A stretch of DNA of 64,000 nt from an uncultured candidatus Porisulfidus sp. (GTDB taxonomy: Bacteria > Pseudomonadota > Gammaproteobacteria > Poriferisulfidales > Poriferisulfidaceae): contig CBDASZ010000002.1 in the NCBI GenBank assembly GCA_965199755.1, positions 224,001 through 288,000 on the forward strand, read 5' to 3'. The notes under the pieces were generated by a model, which saw only the letters and a list, made by a program, of their open reading frames with translations, did not search any database and was not told where the DNA came from. The translations under genes and the position numbers were made by a program. Shown here one piece after another: positions 8,228 to 17,399 of this stretch. Position 1 is the first letter of the stretch, and every line of letters begins with the position of its first letter.

Positions 8228-10981
8228 TCAGAAGTTGTAGGTCGCCTGCATGTAGTAGAACCCCCCGTTGTAGTCAAACGGAATGGACTCACCGAATTCC
8301 GAGCCTACCTCTGTCGCATGCGGGTTCTTGTCCGGATCAACATCAAACAGGTTGTCCGCACCGACCGTCATACTGAAGTTGTCGTTCACGTTATAGGTAG
8401 CGGAAAGGTCAAACAGCCAGCGATCATCCGCCCTCAGGAACCAGTCTTTAGTATCAGCGTGGTATTCGATGTGGCCACCGTAATAGCGCAACCGGCTGAT
8501 AATCTTCCACGGACCCATCTCGTAGTCTCCGGTCACGGTGAAGCGCAATTTCGGCAGACTTTCCTCAATCTGACGGCGCTTCTTATCGCCAATGGTTTCA
8601 GTATTATAGTCCGTGACCTCCGTTCGTGTCAGATTTCCAGTCAAGGTCACATCAAGACTTGCACCGCTTTCCAGGTCCATCGGATACGTGGCAACCACAT
8701 CCACGCCCTCGGTCACTGTGTCAAAGTCATTTGCGAACCAACTCACCTGGCCAATCGCATAGATGTTGGTCACACCCTGATCGAACAGTGAATCCTTGAT
8801 TCTCTTGAGTTCTGCCTCTTCGTCGGCGGCGGGATTGAAGTCCGCACGCTCTTTCAGCAATTTGTCCAAATCCTTTGCCTGCGTCTGCGCAATACGATCA
8901 TCCACTTCGATGTGATAGTAGTCAATCGTGACATCCAAATCATCAATGTTAAACACTGCGCCCAAACCAAAACTGGTCGATTCCTCCTGCTCCAGCGGAC
9001 TGGCGATGCCCGCCAGTACCGGGTCGCTGGCCGGCAACGTTAAACGGTCCACCAAGCCCTTGCTGCTAAATGCCGTGGTCACATTGCGAACATTCGCCTG
9101 ACCCACCGTAGGCACCCTGAAACCGGTACCGTAGGAACTGCGCAGCGCCAACGTATCGGTAAGCTGAATCCGGGCTGAGACCTTGCCGTCCAGAGTCGCA
9201 TCAAAATCCTCCGGGTCCTCATGCCGCAGCGCCACGCCCAACAGCAAATCGTCCGTCACGTCGGCTTCAAAGTCGATGTAGGCGGCAATCGAATCGCGGT
9301 CCCATTTGCCTGTCTGATCCGGCCGGAACCCAGTAAACCCGTTGCTACCCACGCCCAGAGAAATGGTGCCGTCTCCCAACCCCCCATAGAAAGGCACAAT
9401 ATCATCAGTAGACAAATCAGTGCTGTCACCGCCGACGGTCTTGACACTATCATCGGCATCCACGTAGTAGATATTCGTATCGCCTGAATCTGCATCGTTG
9501 CGGTAGGCGACCAGCCAGGAGTTTAATTCTCCAGGCTCAATCTCAAACTCCTCATTACGCTTCTCGAAACCGAAGCCGATGTTCAGCGGGGAGGAGAAAG
9601 CCGCAATCTCCACCTCGGTCGTGAAGTCCAGATTGAAGGCGTGATCCTTCTCCCGATACAGGCCCGGATCATAGTAGGTGGGAATGTCATTCCCCAGATG
9701 CGCCAGTTGCGGGTTGATGGTGTTGTAGATGAAGAAATCGGTCTCATGTTCGCCATACACACCTGACAGATCAAAAGTCAACTCGCCGTCCATCAGTTCA
9801 CCGCGAACGCCCAAAGCCGCACTCATATCCTCAATGTCGCCTCCGAACTGTGGCGTGAAGCCACCGGGGAAGCGCTGATTGAAGGCGTAGCACCCGTCTG
9901 GGAGAGTACCGAGCTTTTGCTGAATGTCCTGATGATCAGGCGGGTAGGTGGCGAATTTGAGTGCCGGGCAGTCTGGACCACCGTTCGGAACCTGGTCAAT
10001 CACCAACAGGTAGTGGCCGTCGGCATCATCGCTGTTGCCATCCCCCTCAAAAACGCCGCTGCGCGTATACGGATTACGGTAGTAAAACCCGCCGTCCACC
10101 GTACGCTCAGCGTAGTTGGCGAACGAATACAACTCAGTAGTATCCGACAATTCAATGCCGGCATTGGCAAACAACTTGTAGTTATCATCAATTTCCGGGG
10201 CTCCCCAGACGCCGGTGGCCGGAGTGCGTATCGCGTCGTTGCCGGCATCAATTAGGGCCTGTGCATCCGCGCGCTGTACGCTGCGGCTGGTCGGGTCGGA
10301 CGTGTTGTATTCGCCACTGATGTTTAAAAACCCGCGGTCGGTCAGCGGCAGACCAAAGTTGCCCGCTACCGTAATATTCTCGCCGTCGCCATAGTAGTAC
10401 TGACCATAGCGTGCCATCAACTGGCCGCCTTCATCGTCTTCCTTCAGCACAAAATTGACGATGCCCGCCACCGCATCCGAGCCGTACTGTGCGGCGGCAC
10501 CGTCGCGCAGCACTTCCACGCGACCGAGCGCAATGGCCGGAATGGCAGACATATCCACCGGGTGCGACCCATCACTGAGTCCGGCACCCAAAAAGGTAAT
10601 CACAGAAGAGCGGTGACGCCGTTTGCCATTGACCAGAACCAGCGTGGAATCCGGCGGTAGCCCGCGCATGTTAACCGGACGCACTAGCGTGCCCGCGTCC
10701 GAGATCGGCTGCTGACTGACATTGACACTCGGTGCAACGCGCGACAGCATGGAATCCATGCGAGTATCTCCCTGCTCGATAAACTCGCTGCCTTCCAGCA
10801 CATCCACCGGCACCGCCAAATCGGCAGAAGATCGATCAAGACTCCGCGTACCGACCACAGAAATCTCCTCAGGCTCCTCCTCTTGCGCCCACGCTTGTGA
10901 GCCGAGCGTAAAGGCAACTACCACCAACGCCAGGAACGCATTCCGGCTACTGGCCATGCTATAGGCAAAACGCATTACCAT
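8228..10981 (-). CDS. TonB-dependent outer membrane receptor
   Basis: Signal peptide; TonB-box-like EEISVVG; plug motifs MRGL, LVLVNGKR, VEVLRDGAAAQYGSDAVAGIVN; C-terminal YNF. Confidence 0.95.
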   Translation of the reverse strand: MVMRFAYSMASSRNAFLALVVVAFTLGSQAWAQEEEPEEISVVGTRSLDRSSADLAVPVDVLEGSEFIEQGDTRMDSMLSRVAPSVNVSQQPISDAGTLVRPVNMRGLPPDSTLVLVNGKRRHRSSVITFLGAGLSDGSHPVDMSAIPAIALGRVEVLRDGAAAQYGSDAVAGIVNFVLKEDDEGGQLMARYGQYYYGDGENITVAGNFGLPLTDRGFLNISGEYNTSDPTSRSVQRADAQALIDAGNDAIRTPATGVWGAPEIDDNYKLFANAGIELSDTTELYSFANYAERTVDGGFYYRNPYTRSGVFEGDGNSDDADGHYLLVIDQVPNGGPDCPALKFATYPPDHQDIQQKLGTLPDGCYAFNQRFPGGFTPQFGGDIEDMSAALGVRGELMDGELTFDLSGVYGEHETDFFIYNTINPQLAHLGNDIPTYYDPGLYREKDHAFNLDFTTEVEIAAFSSPLNIGFGFEKRNEEFEIEPGELNSWLVAYRNDADSGDTNIYYVDADDSVKTVGGDSTDLSTDDIVPFYGGLGDGTISLGVGSNGFTGFRPDQTGKWDRDSIAAYIDFEADVTDDLLLGVALRHEDPEDFDATLDGKVSARIQLTDTLALRSSYGTGFRVPTVGQANVRNVTTAFSSKGLVDRLTLPASDPVLAGIASPLEQEESTSFGLGAVFNIDDLDVTIDYYHIEVDDRIAQTQAKDLDKLLKERADFNPAADEEAELKRIKDSLFDQGVTNIYAIGQVSWFANDFDTVTEGVDVVATYPMDLESGASLDVTLTGNLTRTEVTDYNTETIGDKKRRQIEESLPKLRFTVTGDYEMGPWKIISRLRYYGGHIEYHADTKDWFLRADDRWLFDLSATYNVNDNFSMTVGADNLFDVDPDKNPHATEVGSEFGESIPFDYNGGFYYMQATYNF

Positions 10982-11074
10982 GATCTACCCCTTAATTATA
11001 TGAGCGAAAACATTAAAACGCCAGAGCGTTACCCACGTACGTTAGCATAACTTGGCTAAAAAGTCTACATCACG

Positions 11075-11468
11075 GTTGTCGTCTTGCTTCAGCAAAGCCT
11101 TGTCCTCGGTTCGGCTCACTTGATCCACGCCATCGTTGAGCATCCTCACAACATGAAAGCGATCGATGCAAATGTCGGCGACAGTATGCTTCTTAGTCGC
11201 GCAGACGCACGTGACATATCCATATGCCGCAGTCTTGACCTGCGCACAGGCGTCCTCGCCCAGTCCCTCAAAAACGGCTCAATCGCCTCAGTCCCTTTGC
11301 CATCCGCCACATACGGTAACGGCCTCCCGCCCGACCTTGATCGACCACAAGGGTGACGTATTCATGGCGCATCTGGAACGAGGTCTCATCCATGCCAATG
11401 TGCTCCGGATACTGGGCGGGGCGCCAATCCACACCGCGATCTACTGCACACTTCATTGGGACACTCAC
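11075..11468 (-). mobile_element. Degenerate ISL3-family transposase fragment
   Basis: Frameshifted pieces IGMDETSFQMRHEYVTLVVD and DRFHVVRMLNDGVDQV, characteristic of ISL3 transposases; no intact ends seen. Confidence 0.8.
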
Positions 11469-11924
11469 TCAGTCCTCGTTCGGGCGCACCAGACGCAGGT
11501 GCGGACGCTCCGCTTTAGCAGACGACTGGGCCTGTTTCTCAGGCATCGGTACCGTATCCTGCGGCATCAGATCGGATACGAACATCATGCCGGCCGGAAG
11601 ATCGCGCGGGTCCCGAAGTTCGTCCGGGCGAGCCACCAGACTGACCCCGGCCTGGGTCTCCTTGCAAAACACACTGATGACCTGCGCTATACCAATTTCC
11701 ACAAACACCGAACGACCACCAAAGCGCGCATGAAAGCGTACGCCATCTTCATCAATCACCAGATCTCGCACCGCCTGCGGCGCGATGTTGTAGAACACAT
11801 AAGGCTCCTGCTGCGCACCGGCAGCAGCCGCGTCCTCGTTGCGTACCCCCAGCATCGGCGTCCACTCATTGTCCACGGCCCATTCGTAAATGGCGCGAAT
11901 CATGTAGGGACGCAATGACACCAT
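11469..11924 (-). CDS. sspB: ClpXP specificity factor SspB
   Basis: Motifs RPYMIRAIYEWAVDN, NIAPQAV, FHARFGG and C-terminal RPHLRLV; follows sspA. Confidence 0.93.
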   Translation of the reverse strand: MVSLRPYMIRAIYEWAVDNEWTPMLGVRNEDAAAAGAQQEPYVFYNIAPQAVRDLVIDEDGVRFHARFGGRSVFVEIGIAQVISVFCKETQAGVSLVARPDELRDPRDLPAGMMFVSDLMPQDTVPMPEKQAQSSAKAERPHLRLVRPNED

Positions 11925-11949
11925 TCCTGCGTTCCTGCGGGGTTTCTGC

Positions 11950-12573
11950 TCAGCGGCTTCGACCGCGATACAAGTCCCTCTCGGCCTCGGTCAGACTATA
12001 GGCAAAAGAATCGCGCTCATAAATGTCCTTGGCGTAGCTTCCCAATGCCGAGTGGATGTACTTTTGCGGAATGTCGTAGCAGGCGGTCAGGCGCCACAGG
12101 ATCGGCGCCAGTGAGGCGTCAAGCAGACTAAAACTGTCGCCGACAAAGTATTTGCGCCCGTTGCGCCGCAATTCAACCGCGATCCGCTGCAGGAAGTCCT
12201 GCACAGTCTGTCGCGCCTGCGCCAGCTTGCGAACCCCTGGCGAGTGCAGATCCTTGAGCTGGTCATACAGATTGCGTTCAATGCCGAGTAGCCACACCCG
12301 CGCCCGCGCCTTGCCAATCGGATCGACAGGCATCAGGGGGGGATGCGGAAAACGATCGTCCAGATACTCCATGATTACGCTGGGCTCAAGCAGCGTCATG
12401 CCTCGATCATGGAAGGTCGGGGTGGTGGCTTCCGGATTGAGCATCTTGAGATCTTCGAAGTGCGCCGGGTCATCGATGAAACTGACAAGGTCCTGCTCGG
12501 TAATATCCTTCTCGTACATGACGATGCGGACGCGATGGCACTGCGGACAATCCATATCAGAAAAAAGCTGCAT
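11950..12573 (-). CDS. sspA: Stringent starvation protein A (GST fold)
   Basis: Motifs CHRVRIVMYEK, IMEYLDDRFPHPPLMPVDP, LAPILWRL; petABC-sspAB synteny. Confidence 0.92.
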   Translation of the reverse strand: MQLFSDMDCPQCHRVRIVMYEKDITEQDLVSFIDDPAHFEDLKMLNPEATTPTFHDRGMTLLEPSVIMEYLDDRFPHPPLMPVDPIGKARARVWLLGIERNLYDQLKDLHSPGVRKLAQARQTVQDFLQRIAVELRRNGRKYFVGDSFSLLDASLAPILWRLTACYDIPQKYIHSALGSYAKDIYERDSFAYSLTEAERDLYRGRSR

Positions 12574-12591
12574 GACGTGACCTCTTGATAC

Positions 12592-13338
12592 TCAGTGGAC
12601 GTCTTTCCAATATTCACGCTTGAGGAAATAGGTCAGCCCTATCAGCATCAGCAAAAACAGTAGCACCCACCAGCCAGCGGTGGTGCGCACCATGCGCGCC
12701 GGTTCGGACACATACACCAGAAACAGCGTAATGTCCTCAATCATTCTCTGATATTCCTCCGGTGTCTTCTGTCCCGGCTCGGACAGCACCAGTTCTGAAA
12801 TCACCGACCGCATCGTGCCGGCGGCATCCTCTTGCTCAACCCACTGGGCCTGTTGCAAGCCCTGCTCGCGCCACAGCACATGCGGCATGGTGGTGTTCGG
12901 AAAACGCCAGTTGTTAACGCCCCAGGGCCGCGAGTCATCCGCATAGAACGTCATAAGGTACTGATAAATATAGGATGCGCCCTTTTGTCTGGCCATCACG
13001 CTCAGATCTGGTGGTGACGCGCCAAACCAGGTTTCCGCTTTCGCCGGGTCCATCGCTGTCTCCATCGTCTCAGAGACACGACGACCGGTGAACACCAAAT
13101 TCTCCGCGACCATGTCGTGCGGAATGCCAAGATCGTCGGCGACCCGACTGTAACGGCTGTACTTCAACGAATGGCAGCCCAGACAATAGTTGACGAAATG
13201 CCGGGCGCCGCGCTGCAGCGCCGGGCGATTGTTGAGGTCCACATGAATCTGGTAGCCCGGTAACTCCGCGCCGCCCGCCGCGAACGCGCCCGTGCCCGCA
13301 AGCGCCAGACCCAACAGCACGCAGAAACGCTTCATCAT
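12592..13338 (-). CDS. petC: Cytochrome c1
   Basis: CLGCH heme motif, PPDLS, TTMPHVL and a C-terminal TM anchor. Confidence 0.96.
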   Translation of the reverse strand: MMKRFCVLLGLALAGTGAFAAGGAELPGYQIHVDLNNRPALQRGARHFVNYCLGCHSLKYSRYSRVADDLGIPHDMVAENLVFTGRRVSETMETAMDPAKAETWFGASPPDLSVMARQKGASYIYQYLMTFYADDSRPWGVNNWRFPNTTMPHVLWREQGLQQAQWVEQEDAAGTMRSVISELVLSEPGQKTPEEYQRMIEDITLFLVYVSEPARMVRTTAGWWVLLFLLMLIGLTYFLKREYWKDVH

Positions 13339-14738
13339 GCGCGCACGCGAGTGGGAACCTCGCGATCGTGTCCGAGTTTCGGGAAACTGCTGCCCGGAAT
13401 GGTGACAGCCAAAAACACCGCCGGAATCAGCCAGCTCAGCAGAATCAGCATTTGGCGATCGCCCGCCATACGCATGATGTCATAAAAACTGATCAGCCCC
13501 AGCGCAATGGCGAAAGTGGCCAGACGCACCGTGGCGCTGCGCGGGCGGCTGTAGAACCACAGCACCAGGAAAAACAGGAAGTACAACTCGGAGAATCGCA
13601 AGGCGATTTCGCTGTACAGCGGTGTCGGCGGATTGAAGCCCAGATAGCCCAGCACGGCGAAGGTAACCACGAACACCAGCAAGTTGACGCGGAACAGCGG
13701 ACTGCGGTAGCGTACCGAGCGCACTGGATTGCGGTCAATCCACGGCAGAAAGAACAACACCACGATAGCCAGCAACATGGCCAGTGCGCCGAATTGCGGG
13801 TCCGGGATCGCGCGCAGAATAGAGTAAAACGGTGTGAAATACCACACCGGCACAATGTGCTCCGGCGTCAGTAATGGATCAGCCGGCGCGAAGTTGTCCG
13901 GCTCCAGGAAATAGCCGCCCATCTCCGGAGCGAAGAATACGACCAGCGCGAACAAAAACAAGAACACCGATGCGCCCATCAAGTCCTTGACGGTGTAGTA
14001 AGGATGAAATGGAATGCCATCGATCGGATGACCGTCCTCGCCTTTGTGCTCCTTGATCTCAACGCCGTCAGGGTTGTTCGAGCCAACCTCATGCAGGGCC
14101 AGAATGTGCAGCGCCACCAGTCCCAGAATCGCCAGCGGCACGGCCGCGACATGCAAGGCAAAAAACCGTGTCAGCGTGGCGTCAGAGACGGCAAAATCGC
14201 CGCGCAGCCACACCGCGAAATCCGGTCCGATCCACGGGATCGTGCTAAACAGGTTGACAATCACCTGCGCGCCCCAGTAGGACATGTTGCCCCACGGCAG
14301 CAGATAACCCATGAACGCCTCCGCCATCAGCGCCATATACAGGAACATGCCGAGTAGCCAGATCAATTCGCGCGGCGACTTGAAGGAGCCGTACATGATG
14401 CCGCGGAACATGTGCAGGTACACTACAATGAAGAAGAATGAGGCACCAGTGGAGTGCATGTAGCGCAACAGCCAGCCCAAATCCACATCCCGCATGATGT
14501 ATTCGACCGAACCGAAGGCCAGTTCGGCGTCCGGCTTGTAGTGCATGGTCAGGAAAATGCCGGTGACGATCTGAATCACCAGCACCAAAATGGCGAGAGA
14601 GCCAAAGAAATACCAGAAATTGAAGTTTTTCGGCGCGTAATATTGCGCCAGATGCTCATTCCACAGACTCAACAGCGGAAAGCGCGCATCAATCCAGTCA
14701 AGCAAGCCGCCCAGCAAGCCGCGACGCGCGGTGCTCAT
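13335..14738 (-). CDS. petB: Cytochrome b (bc1 complex) with C-terminal extension
   Basis: Motifs GWLLRYMHSTGAS, LHMFRG, SYWGAQVI, FFALH, PVWYF. Confidence 0.97.
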   Translation of the reverse strand: MSTARRGLLGGLLDWIDARFPLLSLWNEHLAQYYAPKNFNFWYFFGSLAILVLVIQIVTGIFLTMHYKPDAELAFGSVEYIMRDVDLGWLLRYMHSTGASFFFIVVYLHMFRGIMYGSFKSPRELIWLLGMFLYMALMAEAFMGYLLPWGNMSYWGAQVIVNLFSTIPWIGPDFAVWLRGDFAVSDATLTRFFALHVAAVPLAILGLVALHILALHEVGSNNPDGVEIKEHKGEDGHPIDGIPFHPYYTVKDLMGASVFLFLFALVVFFAPEMGGYFLEPDNFAPADPLLTPEHIVPVWYFTPFYSILRAIPDPQFGALAMLLAIVVLFFLPWIDRNPVRSVRYRSPLFRVNLLVFVVTFAVLGYLGFNPPTPLYSEIALRFSELYFLFFLVLWFYSRPRSATVRLATFAIALGLISFYDIMRMAGDRQMLILLSWLIPAVFLAVTIPGSSFPKLGHDREVPTRVRA

Positions 14739-15349
14739 GCCGGTGTCTCCTCAACGACCGGCATCTCCCCGATCAGAATCCGGGTGTCGCTTAAAAAACG
14801 ATACGGCGGCACTTTCAGGTTGGCGTTGGCCGGCACATTGGCATACACCCGACCAGACAAGTCAAACCGCGAACCATGACAGGCGCAGAAGAATCCGCCC
14901 AGCCACTCCGGCCCCAAATCTTCTGGCGCGGTATCCGGGCGATACATCGGGTTGCAGCCCAAGTGCGTACAAATGCCAACCAGCACCAGAAATTCCGGGC
15001 GCAATGAGCGGTGCGGGTTTTGTGCGAACGCCGGCTGTTGCGACTGTTCGGAATGCGGGTCGCGCAAATAATCCGCCTCTTGTGACAAACCGGCGACCGT
15101 CTCTGGCGGTCGGCGAATGATCCAGATCGGCTGTTTGCGCCAGATCAAATCAATCTTCTGCCCCATTTCCATGCGGCTGACATCCACTTCCACCGGCGCG
15201 CCGGCAGTGCGTGCATTGGCACTGGGGGCCATTGAGGCGACAAACGGCCACAGGGCAACGGCTGCGCCCGTTCCGCCCACCAAGGTCGTGCTGGCCGTTA
15301 GAAACCGTCGCCGTCCAGCATCAACTTCGTGCTCGGACATGTTGCGCAA
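14735..15349 (-). CDS. petA: Rieske iron-sulfur subunit of bc1
   Basis: Tat motif RRRFL; CTHLGC and CACHGS boxes. Confidence 0.97.
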   Translation of the reverse strand: MRNMSEHEVDAGRRRFLTASTTLVGGTGAAVALWPFVASMAPSANARTAGAPVEVDVSRMEMGQKIDLIWRKQPIWIIRRPPETVAGLSQEADYLRDPHSEQSQQPAFAQNPHRSLRPEFLVLVGICTHLGCNPMYRPDTAPEDLGPEWLGGFFCACHGSRFDLSGRVYANVPANANLKVPPYRFLSDTRILIGEMPVVEETPA

Positions 15350-15451
15350 ACTCTCCTGAAGAAAACAGTGACGCGCCCTCCGGGTCTTGCGAAACTTGCG
15401 AGGCGCATAAAAGTCGCGGCGATTTTAACACAGAGCGCCGCCGCGCCTGAT

Positions 15452-16351
15452 ATGATGCCGCAGCAGAATTTACCACGGCGCATCGCCCCGACACCCGCGT
15501 TGCGCCTCTTCATGCGGAACGTCACCCTCTACACACTGCTGCTGCTGCTTGGGCTTACACTCGGCGCGACCCTCATGGGTGCCGCGCACCTGACGCTGGA
15601 GTTGATTTGGCCGTATGAGAAAGTGGTCAAGTACGGGGCCTTGCTGGTGGCCGCGCTCATCATCGTATTGCAGGCGCGCCGCGACGGCCTCACACGCGGC
15701 GATCTCGGTCTGCAAACCGGACACGCCGGACTGCAGCTGGTGGTTGGATTCGGCACCACGGTGGTCTTGCTGCTGCCGCTGTGGATCTTTCTGCTAGGTA
15801 CCGGCGCGCGAGAGGCGGACTTCCTGCTGCTGAGCAAATCACTGGCCTACCATGCGGGCGGGTACTTGCTGATCGGCGTCGCCGTCGCCACGGTGGAGGA
15901 GTTGTACTTTCGCGGCGTGCTGATGTCCGACGCCCGCCGCGCGAACATCCAGCTCGCGCTCATCGCATCCGCACTGCTGTACACCGTGCTGCACTTCCTG
16001 CGCCCGGAAGCCGGTTTCGGCGAGCCGCCCTGGTATGGCGGCACCCTGATGCTGATGGAGGCCGTGCAACAACTGCCACAAGCGCTGCTCGCGGACCTTC
16101 CGAAGGTTGCCACGCTGCTGGCGATCGGACTCGGACTGGGGCTAGTGCGGTGGCACACCGGCAGTCTCGCCTTGTGTATCGGGGCGCACGCAGCCATGGT
16201 GTTCAGCATGAAAATGTTTCAGGAGTTCACCGATTCCGGCCATGCTATGATGCCGTGGGTTGCCGCCGATTCCCGGGGCGGGTGGAGTAGTACCGTCTGG
16301 TTGGCCATTTTGCTCATTTTCCTGTGGCAAAAACTGCCCAAAAAATCCTGA
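15452..16351 (+). CDS. CPBP (Abi/CAAX-protease-like) intramembrane glutamic endopeptidase
   Basis: Multi-TM protein with EELYFRG, LYTVLH and IGAH motifs. Start uncertain (15452-15512). Confidence 0.85.
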   Translation: MMPQQNLPRRIAPTPALRLFMRNVTLYTLLLLLGLTLGATLMGAAHLTLELIWPYEKVVKYGALLVAALIIVLQARRDGLTRGDLGLQTGHAGLQLVVGFGTTVVLLLPLWIFLLGTGAREADFLLLSKSLAYHAGGYLLIGVAVATVEELYFRGVLMSDARRANIQLALIASALLYTVLHFLRPEAGFGEPPWYGGTLMLMEAVQQLPQALLADLPKVATLLAIGLGLGLVRWHTGSLALCIGAHAAMVFSMKMFQEFTDSGHAMMPWVAADSRGGWSSTVWLAILLIFLWQKLPKKS

Positions 16352-16559
16352 ATTTTCTTTTATATTTCATATCTTTGCGTCACTGCACGCAAGGCTCTCT
16401 TTGACGCATCCCTCCGCGCCGTCGCGCCACCTTCTCACGGAGGCGCTCTCATAAGCTATTGAAATCTCTAGGGGAAAAAATAGTCTAAAAATTTGAACCA
16501 TTTATTTAACCCTTTTGCGCTATTTTCATTTAGGGTGGCACTCCCAACCGGAGAGACCC

Positions 16560-17399
16560 ATGCGCACCCAGTTTTTGACTGTTTTTTTGAGCCTCGCAAG
16601 CACCGTCGCGGCCGCTGGCGAGCACACTGAGATTTCGCGCTACGCCTATCTGTTGCCCGGTAGCAGCCACGCGCAGCGTCATCCGCTGCAAGTCACCGTG
16701 ACGCAAGTGCGCTTCCCGCAGGAAGTCGCCAACGTCGGTGAGGCCCTGCAGTATCTGCTGACCCGTTCCGGCTATCGGCTGGATGAGCAGCGCAGTCCGT
16801 GGGCGCGCGCCATTTTGATGCCGCAGCCATTACCGGAAGTGCAGCGCGATCTGGGGCCCATCCCGCTGGCCGAGGCGCTCGGCGTGCTGGCCGGCAGTGC
16901 CTGGCGACTGAAAGTCAATCCGCTGTACCGCACAGTGATCATTGAACCGACCGAAGCATGGCTCCAGCAACTGGAATCGGCACCGGCGCGGCTGGAAATC
17001 GAACGCTCCGTGCCGCGCGATACCGCACGTGCCGATCTCTATCTGGACTCTTCCCTCGCCGATGGCTTCAAGTCCGAGACACCACGCGATGAATTCGCGC
17101 CCGCCGCGGAAGACTATACCGTGGCGCTGGAGTTCTCCGCCTCCCTGCATGATCCCGCGGAAATCTTCGTCGACGATCTGAGCCTGCAGCAGGCGCTGGA
17201 TCTGCTGGTGCCGGAAGGTTGGCGTCTGCGCCCTGAGGTGCGCGCGCAAACGTTGCAGTCACGCATCTCGCTGATCTCATCCACCACCTGGTGGGACGCG
17301 CTGACGGAACTTGCGCACAAGCTCGGCATGCAAACGCAAAGTGAATTGCTGCTGCATGTCTTTGAAGAACAGAAACTGGTGGTGCTGGAGCAGATCTAA
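16560..17399 (+). CDS. PilL-like type IV pilus biogenesis protein (ICE/plasmid T4bP type)
   Basis: Signal peptide; segment RY...AQRHPLQ...VGEALQYLLTRSGYRL...PLPEVQRDLGPIPLAEALGVLAGSAWRL resembles the ICE PilL N-terminal domain; second periplasmic domain at C-terminus. Confidence 0.75.
   Translation: MRTQFLTVFLSLASTVAAAGEHTEISRYAYLLPGSSHAQRHPLQVTVTQVRFPQEVANVGEALQYLLTRSGYRLDEQRSPWARAILMPQPLPEVQRDLGPIPLAEALGVLAGSAWRLKVNPLYRTVIIEPTEAWLQQLESAPARLEIERSVPRDTARADLYLDSSLADGFKSETPRDEFAPAAEDYTVALEFSASLHDPAEIFVDDLSLQQALDLLVPEGWRLRPEVRAQTLQSRISLISSTTWWDALTELAHKLGMQTQSELLLHVFEEQKLVVLEQI

Noticed and set aside
10982-11075. Cobalamin/TPP riboswitch or Fur box upstream of the TonB receptor
   Set aside because: The region is too short and none of the conserved motifs is recognisable.
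16536-16551. TGGCAC sigma54 -24 box before the pilus operon
   Set aside because: No GC at the -12 position and too close to the start codon.
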